From contig NC_042999.1 in assembly GCF_006345805.1 (NCBI RefSeq), forward strand, positions 93,558,001 through 93,622,000: 64,000 bases of DNA, in the 5' to 3' direction. Source of the DNA: Octopus sinensis. Its lineage: Eukaryota. Position numbers and translations under genes: made by a program. The notes under the pieces are model-generated. The model ran no database searches. It had not been told where the DNA came from and was given only the letters and a program-made list of their open reading frames with translations. This document shows, piece by piece, positions 26,312-39,567 of the stretch. Within the stretch, counting starts at the first letter, position 1. Each line of letters begins with the position of its first letter.

Positions 26312-27009
26312 CGCCAAATCTAAGCCAAGCGCATTAGATCCCCTGGAAGAAAGCTTCGAATGTATACAACGCGAGGACGGAAAACGAACGAAGTACACAA
26401 ACAAAAAAACAGAATACGTGACACCAATAAGAATACAAAAACGTAAAAACAATAACGGTAAAAATAAAAAATAAACAACAAAACAAAACCAGGACGTAGG
26501 ACAAGGGTCTTTCGACAGGACGAGTTGAGTATGGGGCTGGCTTGTGAAGTTGTGCCTAATGGCCACGGGGAGACGAACAAATACGTGTTGCTTCTGCGAC
26601 TGCTGAAAACGAAAAGAGCGCTCAACAGCGGCTAGCGGTCACGTGAGAACAAAAGACAGGAGAAAGGGACAGATGAAAAGAGAGAGAAGGTGGACGAGGG
26701 AGGAGAAGAAAGAGACAGATCGAGGGGCTGGAGGTGAGAGAGATAGAGAAACGTAGAAGGGGGGGGGAGACGGATGGAGAGGGAAAGAAAGGAAGGGGAA
26801 TAAGGGAGGAGAGAGAGAGAGAAAAAGAGACAGATTAAGAGTCGTATCAATGCTAGAGAAAAAATATACTTATCGTATAAGGACAATTGTGGATACGTAG
26901 CCGCCGATTATATAGGTAAACAGTAAAAATAATTACAGACATAGACAAGAACATGAAACACCACAGAGACGACACAAGAATCACAGGACGGGACATTCGA
27001 AGCCCTCAG

Positions 27010-27082
27010 TCATCAGTCAAGAACCAGATCATCTTAGCAATTTCGGCTGATTAATCTTGAGATTGCTCCGATATGGCCAGCC
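27010..27082 (-). ncRNA. Second copy of the permuted hammerhead candidate
   Basis: Identical to 26239-26311, offset 771. Confidence 0.75.
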
Positions 27083-27373
27083 CGCCAAGGGAAATCTAAG
27101 CCAAGCGCATTAGATCCCCTGGAAGAAAGCTTCGAATGTATACAACGCGAGGACGGAAAACGAACGAAGTACACAAAAAAAAAAAAAAAAAAAAAAAAAA
27201 AACAGAATACGTGACACCAATAAGAATACAAAAACGTAAAAACAATAACGGTCAAAATAAAAAATAAACAACAAAACCAAACCAGGACGTAGGACAAGGG
27301 TCTTTCGACAGGACGAGTTGAGTATGGGGCTGGCTTGTGAAGTTGTGCCTAATGGCCACGGGGAGACGAACAA

Positions 27374-27404
<31 letters not shown>

Positions 27405-27985
27405 CCATATGTTATATATTATATCATACCTTAACACAATGTGGACTACGATCCCTGTTGACAGACCGCTGTTTTTTATAGAGTGTTAAACACTTACGGT
27501 ATGCAAATTAGGTACTTGGTCATAGACTAACTGCACATTTGTTGAGGGTATAAATAATGTAGCTGCTTGCTTCTCTGGAGACTCTCAGAATGGTGTAGAC
27601 GCTTCTGATTAGAACTCAATAAGGTTCGAAAATCGATTTAAGGATATTCAGCCTTTCTTACAGTCTGCGGAGGAAAGTCTAAATTTTGCCCTGTTTAAAA
27701 TTATACTATATGTTTTATATATATATATATATATATATACAGACACACAGACACATATTTATATATGTATATATACATATGCGTGTGAGCGTATGTGTGT
27801 GTGTGCGCGTGCGCGTGTGTGTGCGTGTGTGTGTGTGTGCGTGTGTGTGTTTGTGTGTGTGTGTATATATGTGTGAATAATGAAAGGTTCAAGATGCGGA
27901 AGAGTTAAAAGATAATATCTAAACTTAGAAGGATGTGAACATATATCTTATATAAGAGAATATCTGAACATACTTTGGTCGCTAA

Positions 27986-28196
27986 GGCTGCGAGCTGGCA
28001 GAATCATTAGCACACCGGACAAAGTACATAGCGGCATTTCTTCCGTCTTTGCATCTTGAATTCAAATTCTGCTGTAATTGAGTTTGCCTTCCATGATTTC
28101 GGGATCCATAAAATATGTACTAGGGGACTGGGGTCGATGTAATTGACTTAGCCCCTAGCCCTAAATTCCTGGCTCCGTGTCAAGATTTGAAACCAA
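27986..28196 (+). mobile_element. SINE, third family
   Basis: GCGAGCTGGCAGAATCATTAGCAC...TTCAAATTC...GGGGTCGATGTAATTGACT...ATTTGAAACCAA; reverse homolog at 42993-43183. Confidence 0.7.
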
Positions 28197-29399
28197 CATT
28201 CTTCAGCTTCAGTCAGAGGAGAATAGGGAGTTTATATAAATTTTCGGTAGGCTTTCCGTAGTTGTTGAAGGAAAGGAAGAATATAACCAGAGTTCATTGT
28301 ATTACACGCTACATCGAAGTATCCTACATCTGGAATACTTGCAGATTGTATTGTTAGTAGAGTGATGTATCATATCTACTACTCGTAGTATCATAAAAAT
28401 GAAAATGTTTAGAAGTAATAGCATCTATAAGAACATAAATTATTGCAGGTTAAATGTAATTTAATCTTATGTGGCAGGAGACTGTGACTAGAGAGATGAA
28501 ATAAGTGAATTTGGCGACGGTGCGTTTAATATCATCTAAAGCAAAGTCTTAAACAAATGGTGGAGATTAATATGATTTAAGTAAGATAGAATGTAATTTT
28601 AACTAAAGTATCATAACATTAGTGAGGTATGACGTTCCATCCATTAATTTAACATACCATTCAAAAGGTTAACATGTAATATCTTATTAACAAAACACTG
28701 CCTGCCATGATGTGTAATATCCTGTAAAGCAAATATAATAACACTGAAGAATATGGTGTAGGATATCATCTAAGGAAATATATCTATGAATAGAGAGATC
28801 TGTAATAAAATCTAAATATCATAACAATGAAGAGTTGGTATGTAAATTGACATGACAAAGCGTTGGGGACGCAATATCATCTCTATATCTTTGAAACTGA
28901 TGTAAATCTTTCAGTGTATTATTTAAATTAAATGCTTTCAAAAGTGCCTGACATTAATATAATTTAGGTCTGACATAGCATTAGCGAAGTTGAGATCTAA
29001 TATCTGTTAAAATATCGTGGCATTTTATACTAAGATGTAATAACATTGACAACATAATATTGAAGAATGTGAAATATAATATCAAATAAAATGATATGAC
29101 ATTGACGTTTGTGTGGTATGATATATATATATACAGTGTTATTATTCAATGAAGCTGCGATGAAATATGTTTAATCAACATAACACTGAGAAAAGAATAT
29201 AATATTACCGTGAGTGTTACGCATTAAATTATTCTTAAAGTAGAGTGAAATGTATCCTTATTTAAAACAACAAAGAAGGTAAGTACATTGAAATACATTA
29301 TCTACATAAAACTAGAAAATGGGTAATGATTTAATAACATAACTAGTGACGTTCTAAATATAAATTCTTGAGATTAAGTTTTAGTATAATCTAAATTAA

Positions 29400-29945
29400 C
29401 GTATTCTATGCCAACAAAATTTCGATATTGTATAAATTGTGGTGTGGTGATAAAAAATCTACCAACCATCGTTTCCCCAGTTTGAGGATAGGGGAATGGC
29501 CTGTAGGTGAGCTGTGAATACTCAGGAATTAGACCAGACAAGATCATGGGTAGCCCTTTGGCAAGGCATAGCACCTGTTAGGACCACTTGCAGTGAAGAA
29601 ATTGTGTCGCAATGTTCTTATGTGATGTGATCTCGACTTTTGTAGAGGAGGTATTGCACAGGGACCAAGTGTTCGGTGAATAGTAAACATAATGCTAATA
29701 TCATTTGGATAATATTGGTGGAATATTTTCCACATTGTGCAAATAATGTATCGCTCAGGGCGGCGTTGCAGAGAATAGAGCTTCAGCTGCTTGAGTCGAC
29801 CCCAATAATCAAGTCACATCATACCATTTATTATTTTTTGTGTGTTTGATTGATCCTTGTGACGCTTCAATCCTCATTATGTCTTTTTTTTTTTGTAGGG
29901 GGACCACAATGAGCAGCAGTATTCGAGGTGGGGCTTAGCGAATGT
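29400..29945 (-). mobile_element. CR1/L2-type LINE 3' fragment
   Basis: Translations KPHLEYCCSLWSPYKKKDI and DYWGRLKQLKLYSLQRR...MWKIFHQ...RHNFFTASGP. Confidence 0.8.
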
Positions 29946-29989
29946 GGAGAAGAGAAGGATGTTAATGATATGATTTTTTAAAATCTACC

Positions 29990-30790
29990 TCATTAACTGG
30001 TTGTTATATTATTATTGTTATTTCTCTTCAGAACAGGTTTGAACATTTTAACAAATCACTTTTCTTTTATATTTCTTCCAACATCACTTGTGTCATGTAG
30101 CTTGTGGAAAAACATTTCTGACCACATGCTTCTATATGTTTGCTCAATTTGGCGAACATTACTGTTCCGAATTAGTTGTTTGTGAACTTATGAGCGTTCC
30201 GGTAATGCATTCCCTGTCTCGACAATATATAGCTCCTCGCAATTCGGGCATTCGATTATTTCGAATTATGTTGATGATGATCAAAATGTCTTGATAATGC
30301 GGATTGTGTGTTACTAGAAATGGTATTGTGTTCCGTTGATGGGTTCTTGTCTCTTGTCTTGCCCTAAGTTGTTCTATAGGTATCCCTTTTGCTCGTTGTA
30401 TGCTATTTTCTATAATTAGGAGATGATAATTTTGCATGAGCAGAAATCCTTTGAGTTCCGTAAGTCGTATGTTCCTGGTATTTGGATCATGTAATATAGT
30501 ACACATTTTCCTAGTCAGGCAGTACGGTATATTGCATTTTGTGTGTGCTGGGTGGATTTGAAATTTAGGTACTGGTATGTATAAATAAGTTTTGAAATAA
30601 ATATCGGTTGTGATTGTGGATCTAGTTTTAGTTATGTCAAAAAATGGTAATTGTGTGTTTTTCATTTCTCTTGTGAATTTGAGACTAGGGTGTAGATTGT
30701 TGAGGAGCGTGCTGAATTCTTCCTGATAAAGAAATTGAGAACTACGGCATGAACTTTAGAAAATATATAGAATTAACATGGAAAACATAA
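29990..30790 (-). mobile_element. Penelope-like element fragment (RT C-terminus to end, internally deleted)
   Basis: LLNNLHPSLKFTREMKNTQLPFFDI...TDIYFK...HPAHTKCNIPYCLTRKMCTI; terminal RNIKEK*FVKMFKPVL. Confidence 0.85.
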
Positions 30791-30837
30791 TTCGATGATT
30801 GTTTCCTAATTTGAACCAAATCCCTATAAAAGCTGGG

Positions 30838-31540
30838 AAATGTCATCACTCAACTACCATTTCTTGACTTAATCGTAATAATCAACAATGCCACAATCAC
30901 ATCTGATACATATTACAAAAGCACAGATAAACAGCAGTAACTAAATTTCAAATCGTTCCACCTATCACACAAAACACAGCATCCCGTACTGTCTAGCCAG
31001 GAAAAATTGCACTATAATAGATTATCTAAATACCAGGAACATACGACTTAGGGAACTCAAAGAATTTCTGCTCAAGTAAAACTACTCTCACCTACTTATT
31101 GAAAACAGCATACAACGAACAAAAGAGATACCCATAGGACAACTTAGGGCAACACGAGAAACACGAACCCATCTACGGAACACAATATCATTCCAAGTTT
31201 CACATAATCAGCATCACCAAAACATTATGAACATCATCAAAATAAATTTGCCAAACATGAAACAAAGTGAAAAATTAGAAAACATAAGAACTAATCAAAC
31301 ACTTATCTTAAGCAAAAGGCAAGCACATAACATAAAGAAACTATTAACAACGGCAAAATTCAACAGGAGCAAACATGATAAAACATTCGCAGTATAAAAG
31401 TGTAACGATAATAGATGTGGAACGTGTCAATACATGCATACTTGTAGATGCATTAGAACAAAAATAGGCAGATATTCGCAAATATACGAAGTGCAAATGT
31501 AGAAATGTTATCTACTGAATTAAATACGAACTTTGAGGAA
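30838..31540 (+). mobile_element. Penelope-like element fragment, inverted relative to 29990-30790
   Basis: QLPFLDL...DTYYKSTDKQQ...IPYCLARK...KRQAHNIKKLLTTAKF...C...RCGTC; homologous to the adjacent minus-strand copy. Confidence 0.85.
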
Positions 31541-31559
31541 CTATATATTGACGAGTCCA

Positions 31560-32018
31560 CAGACAGCAATGGTGGTTCTGAGATGATCGAATGTGTTGGA
31601 ACCATAAACTCTGAAAAATACATCAAAATACTGAAGCAAAGATGACATAGTGAAAGCTGAGTTTTTATTCATGGCAGATAGGAATCAACAATGGCTGACT
31701 GAAAATGGGATCAAAAAGCTTCCTTTGCCGAGCCAATGTCCTGATACAAACCCAATTGAAAAGCTTAAACCTAAATCTGAAGATGAATTGTTTCGATTGT
31801 TGCGTGAAAAGTGGGCAGAAATTCCACAAAAGACAATCACAAAGCTCATCTTTTCTATGTCGAAATGAGTTTCAGAATTAAAATCTGCGAAGTGAATGTC
31901 TACTAAATACTAAAGTATGTAGTCATACCTATCGATTGCATTTGAATTGTTCGCTTTGCGTATTAAATAAAAGATTTTGAAAATTAACGGTGTCTATTTA
32001 CTTCCTGCATATCTGTGT
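31560..32018 (+). mobile_element. Tc1-like transposon 3' fragment
   Basis: WLTENGIKKLPLPSQCPDTNPIE...EKWAEIPQKTITKLIFSM...TKY*; ends in a TIR-like sequence followed by TA. Confidence 0.75.
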
Positions 32019-32055
32019 ATATACATATATGTATTCATGTATGTATGCATAAAGT

Positions 32056-32093
<38 letters not shown>

Positions 32094-33278
32094 TTAAGAG
32101 AGAGAAAGATTGAGAGAGAGAGAAATATATATAATAATTCAACATGTAATGTGTAACGTAATAGAATATATAATGTCGCATAACTTAATTTGGCCTGTTA
32201 TGTAATATTACAAAAATAGTTAACAGAGTGGCATATAAAATATAAAATGTAATTTCGTACAAATTAGAGGAGTAATCTAGGAAGTTAAGATAAAATATCT
32301 GGAAGTTGCAATTTATAACCACTGAAGCTCACATGAAAGTGAAGATTCCGTTATAATATGCAACATTCTATCATGTTATGAAACATACTTTGTAGAGAGT
32401 TTGATATAACAATCAGACACAACATTGAAATATCGCCTAATTTAATTTGGTCATATATAGAGTTGCACAGATACACAAGCACGCGCACGCAAACACACAA
32501 ATACACGCACAACACACACACACACACGCGCAACACGCACACAAATGTATATGTATAAGATATATTTATATCAGGTAACATTAAATAAACATTTTAGATG
32601 TGATATCATTTTATCCCATAAATTTGAAGTTGTCAGTTATTATTAGGCAAAATAAGGGGAAAATGAATTGAGTGGGAATTATCGTAAACTTCAGAAATAT
32701 ATACGTTCGTGAAATTTGTATAGAACAACATAACATTATTATATGAAGTAATAAAAAATCCAAGTTTAAGAGTAAAAGAAACAGAAATTATGCTTACGCT
32801 GAGGAGTCTATGATGAAAGACATGCAAATATGAATAATTGTAGTCGTAAACTTGTTACATGCAATATTATCTAAAGGTGGACTGTTATGGTTTTAAAGTA
32901 ACATATCAGTGCGGGTGTCAATTGCAGAAGGTGTTGATTCAAAGGAGATTATTATAACGTCAATAGAAGATGCATAAGTATTGTGTGAAAAATTAATAAA
33001 ACATTCTGGGATGTGTCATATATAATATGAACATTTAGAGAAAATTGAAAGAACGACACAAAATACCATTTTTATGAAGCAGCATTACTTTAGGGAAAAA
33101 CATTATGACTAACATAAAACTTGAAGATTATTAGTTCTAACATCATCTAAAATGTATAATGAATATGATATAAATTAGCGTCACAATACTCGGAAATGCT
33201 TAGTATATACATTATAATAACAGTGTAATAAAGAGTGTAAAATATACAATCATATATGCAATATAGTATTGATAATGT

Positions 33279-33660
33279 GGAGGCGCAATGGTCCAGTGGT
33301 TAGGGCAGCGGACTCGCGGTCATAGGACACGGTTTTGATTCCCAGACCGGGCGTTGTGAGTGTTTATTGAGCGAAAACACCTAAAGCTCCACGAGGCTCC
33401 GGCAGGGGATGGTGGTGATCCCTGCTGTACTCTTTCACCACAACTTTCTCTCACTCTTACTTCCTGTTTCTGTTGTACCTGTATTTCAAAGGGCCGGCCT
33501 TGTCACTCTCTGTGTCACGCTGAATATCTCCGAGAACTACGTTAAGGGTACACGTGTATGTGGAGTGCTCAGCCACTTACACGTTAATTTCACGAGCAGG
33601 CTGTTCCGTTGATTCGGATCAACCGGAACCCTCGTCGTCGTAACCGACGGAGTGCTTCCA
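33279..33660 (+). mobile_element. Full-length tRNA-derived SINE with 14-bp TSD
   Basis: tRNA-like head; TATAGTATTGATAA at 33262-33275 and 33664-33677. Confidence 0.9.
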
Positions 33661-36600
33661 TACTATAGTATTGATAAGGGTGATGGATGTTCGTCATCTA
33701 AAGTAATACATTACTGGTGTGAGAATTGCGAGTAAGTGAATTAAAATTAAAGCAAAAAGTTACGGCAGTTGTATTTTAATTTTAGAGGGTATGAGACGGA
33801 GGCAGAACGGCTATATAAAATAGGTATATATTACTAACTTGTGGACGAAAATGCTTAATATTATCTATGATTTATTCTGTCAGTGGATTTTGAGGTTGGT
33901 AACGTTGAATGTATTCCAACCTGTGAGATGAAGTTACATCAAGTTACACATGCGATGATTTTGTCCAAATTAGAAAACAACGTTTGGAGATGATGCGATA
34001 GAATAATATATGTTTGGTCATAACGTGTAGGAGGTTAAATAAAATGATGTTTGTTAATTTTATATTAAATAACGGGGCAGAGAATTTCTTGTTGAGTAAT
34101 GTCGTAAAAATATATAAAAAAAAGCAAGTCTATGACTTTAGGAACTTACACCATACTATTACATCAGGAAAGTTACATTACATTTAATATAATATAAATG
34201 TAAAGAAAGTTAGATGTAATATCGTCGACGAGAATACACTGTTTCCTAAAACGTAGAACATAAAATCGTCTACAGTAATACGAGCGTAAGGTGTAACATA
34301 TTATCTCATATAAATTTACTATGAAACTAAAGAATTAATCGTGTACAACTATATACCGAAGCATTGAAACCGGTTTGCAAAATAATATTTGAGTAATTGA
34401 TTTTGCGTAGAAATGCTATATTTTCTACAATGAATTATATTAAACGCTATCAAAATTAACACTAGAAGCATAATACCAGGCAGAGTATGTAGTAATCGCT
34501 TATAGGGTGGATAAAAATAATGAAACTGATTCATATATATCATACAATGATATACAGGGTGATATTTACTCTCACCCAATGTCACTTAATATTAAAGACG
34601 GAGTGATAAAACAAATCTAATGATACATAGATTTCAATGATGTAGGATGAAATAGCTTCTAAATAGCATCACACAAAGAGTGTGAGTTGGAATATTATAT
34701 CAGAAACAACTTGTATGACATGGCAATGTGCAATCAGCAAACATTATATACTGGGTGAGGCACATAATCATTTCATGTAATATAAAATAGTGTTAGATGT
34801 AATATGATCAAACCACCAAGCGCATAAAGAAGGTGAAATGCAATGTCATTAAATAATCTACGATCAGCTGTAATGTGAACGAATGTAACGTAATATTGTT
34901 AACGCACAGCTATAACATGGAGTAGAGAAATATATCACTGAGTGAAATGTATTATCATGAAATTTAACACAATGTTGAAGAGATTTATATCATTTAAAGT
35001 AACATTAAACAGAGAGGTCACATGTAATGCAGTGTTAGAGAACATGACACTTAGGTGAAAGAGATGTCATACAATCTACATTTATACACTTTAGAAGAGA
35101 AATTGTAATATTATCTATAGGCATAATCGCTCAGAGGGTTTTGAGATTAATATCATTTAGGAAATATTATTATTGAAGATCATGAGATGTAATATTGCAT
35201 AAAGTATGTTAGAACTAGCAAATGGAATGTGATATCTAAAGTATCACACGTATGGGTAGGGTGTGATCTATTGTCACTTAATGTACTATAATATTGTGTA
35301 GACCAAGATGAAATAACATCCGTAATAACTTAAAGGTCAGGTATAATATTTGGTAAAGGAACATAAAAGTGAAAATGTTAGAGTATCACACAAAGAAATT
35401 CAGCTGTTATGGACTTCGGATAAATATATCAATAAAAGCAATACAGCATACACTATACAATTCATCATCTAAAATCTTGGACAACGTATAATAACATAAC
35501 AGTCGCTATAAATGCTAGGATTTTGAATTCAGGATAAGGTCTTTTGGTTATCTCACATGCATACTAGATTAACGAAGTGTAAGATTCCTGCCAAGAAAAT
35601 ACATTAAAAGGGAATCCTCAGTACTAATTGTCTTCTTCGAAGTCAGAAAAATATTTCAAGTTAAATTACGGTGGTGTTTCTACACAGATGAATATAGACT
35701 TGTCTTACAATGGAGTACAGATTTCGCATGAACACGATAATTCTGTTACACGCTTACGCAGCTTGACCTCACCAAAAAGAGTGATATAGATACAACGAAT
35801 ATACACTACGGCACGTTCTGGTTCAATGATATGTTGCGTTAGCTCTTTGACTATTCTTATCTCTATAAACACATCGTCCGCAATTCGGTATATCCGACAA
35901 ACACAGCTGACATCCCTCTCTGACAGACACATATCTCTAAGGATTCTATCTCAGAAACAAAAATAAGCCTGTTTCCATGTGTATCATTTATTTGAAGTAT
36001 CGGGCCCGGATCAAATTTTGGCCTTTAAAATGTCAATTTAAGGGATTTTCAAGCTAAGAATTGGCTCTATCTAATTACCTGCTCTCATAGGCTTGGTGAA
36101 GAAACATATCATAAGAGATATGCAATCACGTAATGCATTAATGTAAAACAAGATCGGGTGAAATGAATAGCATAACATTGTGGAGAATAGACCTAGAACC
36201 ATCTAAATTAATACAGTACTGTAAGTAAGGTGATGTGTTATCAGCTACTGTATGAAAATATGAAGGAATATCAGGTGTTATACTATGTAATAGATGGATA
36301 AGTGAGGATAGTGAGCGGAAGTAAGATATAAAATGGTAGCAAGTTGTAACAGTGAGCCGTAGGAAACGTGATATCATTACGTCTATTATTTTGTGGGAGG
36401 GTGATACATTGAAACAATCGTTAAATTGGCTGCAAAACCGTCTTTTGGTATTACGGTCTGTTTTCAAATATAACTTATGTCATCTCCCCGCGCTCATCGG
36501 TCTAGGGTTAATAAAAGAAGGTACTAGAGTCGGTGATATCAACGATCTTCGAAGACTCTTGAGTGTCCATGATTAAATGACACTCACCCAATGTATCAAT

Positions 36601-37169
36601 AAATGACACGCATTACGGTGACTCTATTCTGCTTGAGAATACTTGGCAAATTTTGTAAGCCTTTGTCTTGCTCGAGCATTTAGAATAGCTATCATCGAAA
36701 CTAACAGAGATTTATCTTGCTATATGAAGAGGAATTAAATGGGATGCACTTTTAAGTCATATTATATGAAAGTGAAGAATGATGGATTAAACTGAAGCGA
36801 ATAGCTATATCTGTGAAGATGTAATATCAGGAAACTGAAGAAGTACGGCAGCATGTAATATCACCAAGGTGAGCATAAATGAGCGAAGTTGAATAAAAAA
36901 TTAGATAAAGCTTCACAGATTATGCGAATCAGCGCAAATGCTTAAACAAAACGGAGTAACATGGTGTCAATATTATGTAAATTTTTATAACAAAAAAATG
37001 GAAATGAGACGTAATATCATAGATAAGTTCACACAAATTTACGGATTTACTTGTAATATCATAAGTGGAGAAGGGTGAAGTATAATGCTATTCAATAGGT
37101 GACGCAACATTAACGAGGCATGGAGAAAGGAGAGGTAAGTGCTGTTGTTGTTGTTTTGTCTCATTTGGT

Positions 37170-37470
37170 CTAAAGTCGTATGACAACCACCGTTATATAT
37201 ATTTTGTTTATTCATTACTGTTTTCAATTTCGTTTTCGTCTCTTGTATTTACATCCGTCTTGTGCGTTCACATTCCTGTCTTCTACCAAGAAATCTAATG
37301 CTTACAGCTTAGTTTTTTTCTTGGGGCTGGCCGAGTTGGAGCAAATATCAGAATTGAACAGCCGAAATTTGCTATGATGATTCGGTGTCTGACTGAAGAT
37401 TGAAGGCTTCGAATGATTTGTCTGTGTTCCGTGTTCGTCCCTTCCTGTATTTCACGTTCATTATATATAA
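37170..37470 (+). mobile_element. Diverged member of the ribozyme-bearing repeat family
   Basis: TCTAATGC...GCTTAG...GGGCTGGCC...GGCTTCGAATG is collinear with the minus strand of 26220-26345. Confidence 0.75.
37325..37399 (+). ncRNA. Non-circularly permuted hammerhead candidate (AUA site)
   Basis: GGCUG(37325-29)/CAGCC(37359-63); GCCGAGUU(37330-37)/GAUUCGGU(37379-86); AGCAAAU(37340-46)/AUUUGCU(37367-73); A17=37347; UCAGA(37348-52)/UCUGA(37388-92); GAAA 37364-67; CUGAAGA 37393-99. Confidence 0.78.
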
Positions 37471-38060
37471 AAACATTCATTCTTATATATATATATATCA
37501 CTACTTATATAATGTTGGGTAGAGTCAAATAGGATATAATTTTAAAGAGTTCATACGTAAGTAACGTGAAGAACACTGAGATTAATATCAATCAAAACAG
37601 CATAAATTTATGGTAAGTCCGATGTGTTATCTAATACTGTGTATTACTGGGTAGCTGAAATATATAGTAATTTTATATAGTACTGAATTAGGTGTTGTGT
37701 TATATCATAGAAATTTACACAGGTATGTGTATGTACGATGCGTGATATAATGTCACTTGGGGTATCAATATAAAGCACAAAATTAATATATATATATACG
37801 TGGATCGAAATCGTGGTGAGATACTAAATTACCTAATCTAACTAGATATTGTTCCAACGATAAATGAAAATAATCTAGTGACATAAACTTGATGCTTTTA
37901 ATATCTCTTTCTTTCTGTTTCTCTGTTTGTCTGCCTGTCTCTGTCTGTCTGTCTGTCTCTCCCTATGTATCTATCTAATTATCTATCTAGCTATCTACCC
38001 ATCCGTCTATCTTCATAAAAAAATGTTTCTTCATATAGACACGTGGTTGTTACATACGTA

Positions 38061-38132
<72 letters not shown>

Positions 38133-38139
38133 TAATAGC

Positions 38140-38466
38140 TTCAAAATTCATACAAGGTTGGGTAAATGGGCCATACGTCCTCTATTTAATTCAGGATCAC
38201 AACACATAAATGCACTGCAATACAATTTCTTTTCCTCAACAGGCCCTGTCCTGTTTAACATTGTCCCGAAACAGATCAAAGAGGAAATGGATCCCATCAC
38301 CTTTAAACTGAGTCTGGACAAATTTCTTCAAGGAATACCAGATAAGACACGTATACCTGGATACAACTCACTCAAGAAAAACACCCTACTGGAATGGACC
38401 ATGATACCACAAAACCTGACTTATAACGGATTTAGCAAATCCTATAAGATTGTGCTATTAAGATAA
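38140..38466 (+). mobile_element. CR1/L2-type LINE 3' fragment
   Basis: HTRLG...YNFFSSTGPVLFNIVPKQIKE..DPITFKLSLDKFLQGIPD.....GY......TLLEW. Confidence 0.8.
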
Positions 38467-39505
38467 ACATGGCTTGGACCAATGTTTAGTGGAAACATAT
38501 CTAAGATACCTAACAAATATATACATATGCGTATATATATATATATATATACATATGCATAGTAAAATTAGGCAAAAGAATATCATGTAGAAATGCAGTA
38601 CGACCGTTTCAAGCGACTCTATTTAATTGAATGATTCGATCATTACGCCGCTATTATAGCTAAGAATAGACCACAACTTCTAAGAATCGCATGGAGCATA
38701 GTGGGGCCATAGGGTTTTAAGTGTTGTAATACATTTCTAATTCCTTTATCACTTTATCAGATACTAAATCTAAGAATAGAAGACTGTTTATTTAGAATAA
38801 ATGACAAGAGTGAGTTGATAGCTCATGGCTAGGTAGGGTCATAGATATTGTCATATGTATCTCTTTTCCTCGGGAAGGAATTAAATACATTAGTAGTCAG
38901 ATGGATATAAGTAACTGTCTACAAAATGAGGCAGGGCAGGGGTAGACTTTAAATCAAGATGTTAGTTACCTGTTAAAGGGGCAAGACGCTAAAAACCTAA
39001 GATGTTAATACGGATAAAATTTTATTTAGGGGCACTATGGGGGAATGTTTATAAACAATATTGTTATGTTGTATAAAAATAATATATATATACATACGCA
39101 TACAAGTGCATATACATATACAAACACGCATATAGATACATATACATACATTCATACATATTCACACACGCACACACACACATATACTGAGACAAGGCAG
39201 AGATAGAGACATGGAGTAAAAGACAGGGTAATATATAAAATTGACGTTTGTGAAATTTAATAACATCTCACACAAACATTGATGTCTGTGATATGCAAAA
39301 TATATATTGTATATGTATATGAGTATGTGCGTGACTACATAGATATTCCTAGACACACTAACACACTCACAGAAAAACACAGACACATGCACACGCTTGT
39401 ACATATAAACACACACGCACGCGCGTGCATACATACACATACATATATATATGTTTATACGTATATACATACGTACATATGCACATATATAAACATACAC
39501 ACACC

Positions 39506-39567
<62 letters not shown>

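Larger units (their letters stand above)
26141..27377 (-). mobile_element. Non-coding tandem repeat element, 771-nt unit (about 1.6 units), retrozyme-like, flanked by (TA)n on both sides
   Basis: 26141-26584 is nearly identical to 26912-27377 (offset 771 at the start); each copy holds a permuted hammerhead; no coding capacity. Confidence 0.8.
28350..37900. repeat. Interrupted, highly degenerate ~40-bp-period repeat with core TGTAATATCATCTAAAG
   Basis: Core variants recur, for example near 28525, 28566, 28673, 28710, 28757, 28799, 35102, 35145, 35186, 35226, 36818, 36852, 37008, 37050; interrupted by TE insertions. Confidence 0.55.

Noticed and set aside
35705-35932. ORF with IADD resembling an RT FADD motif
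   Set aside because: Similarity too weak to call without an HMM search.
28350-37900. CRISPR-like interpretation of the ~40-bp repeat
   Set aside because: Eukaryotic context, degenerate repeats, irregular spacing and no cas genes.
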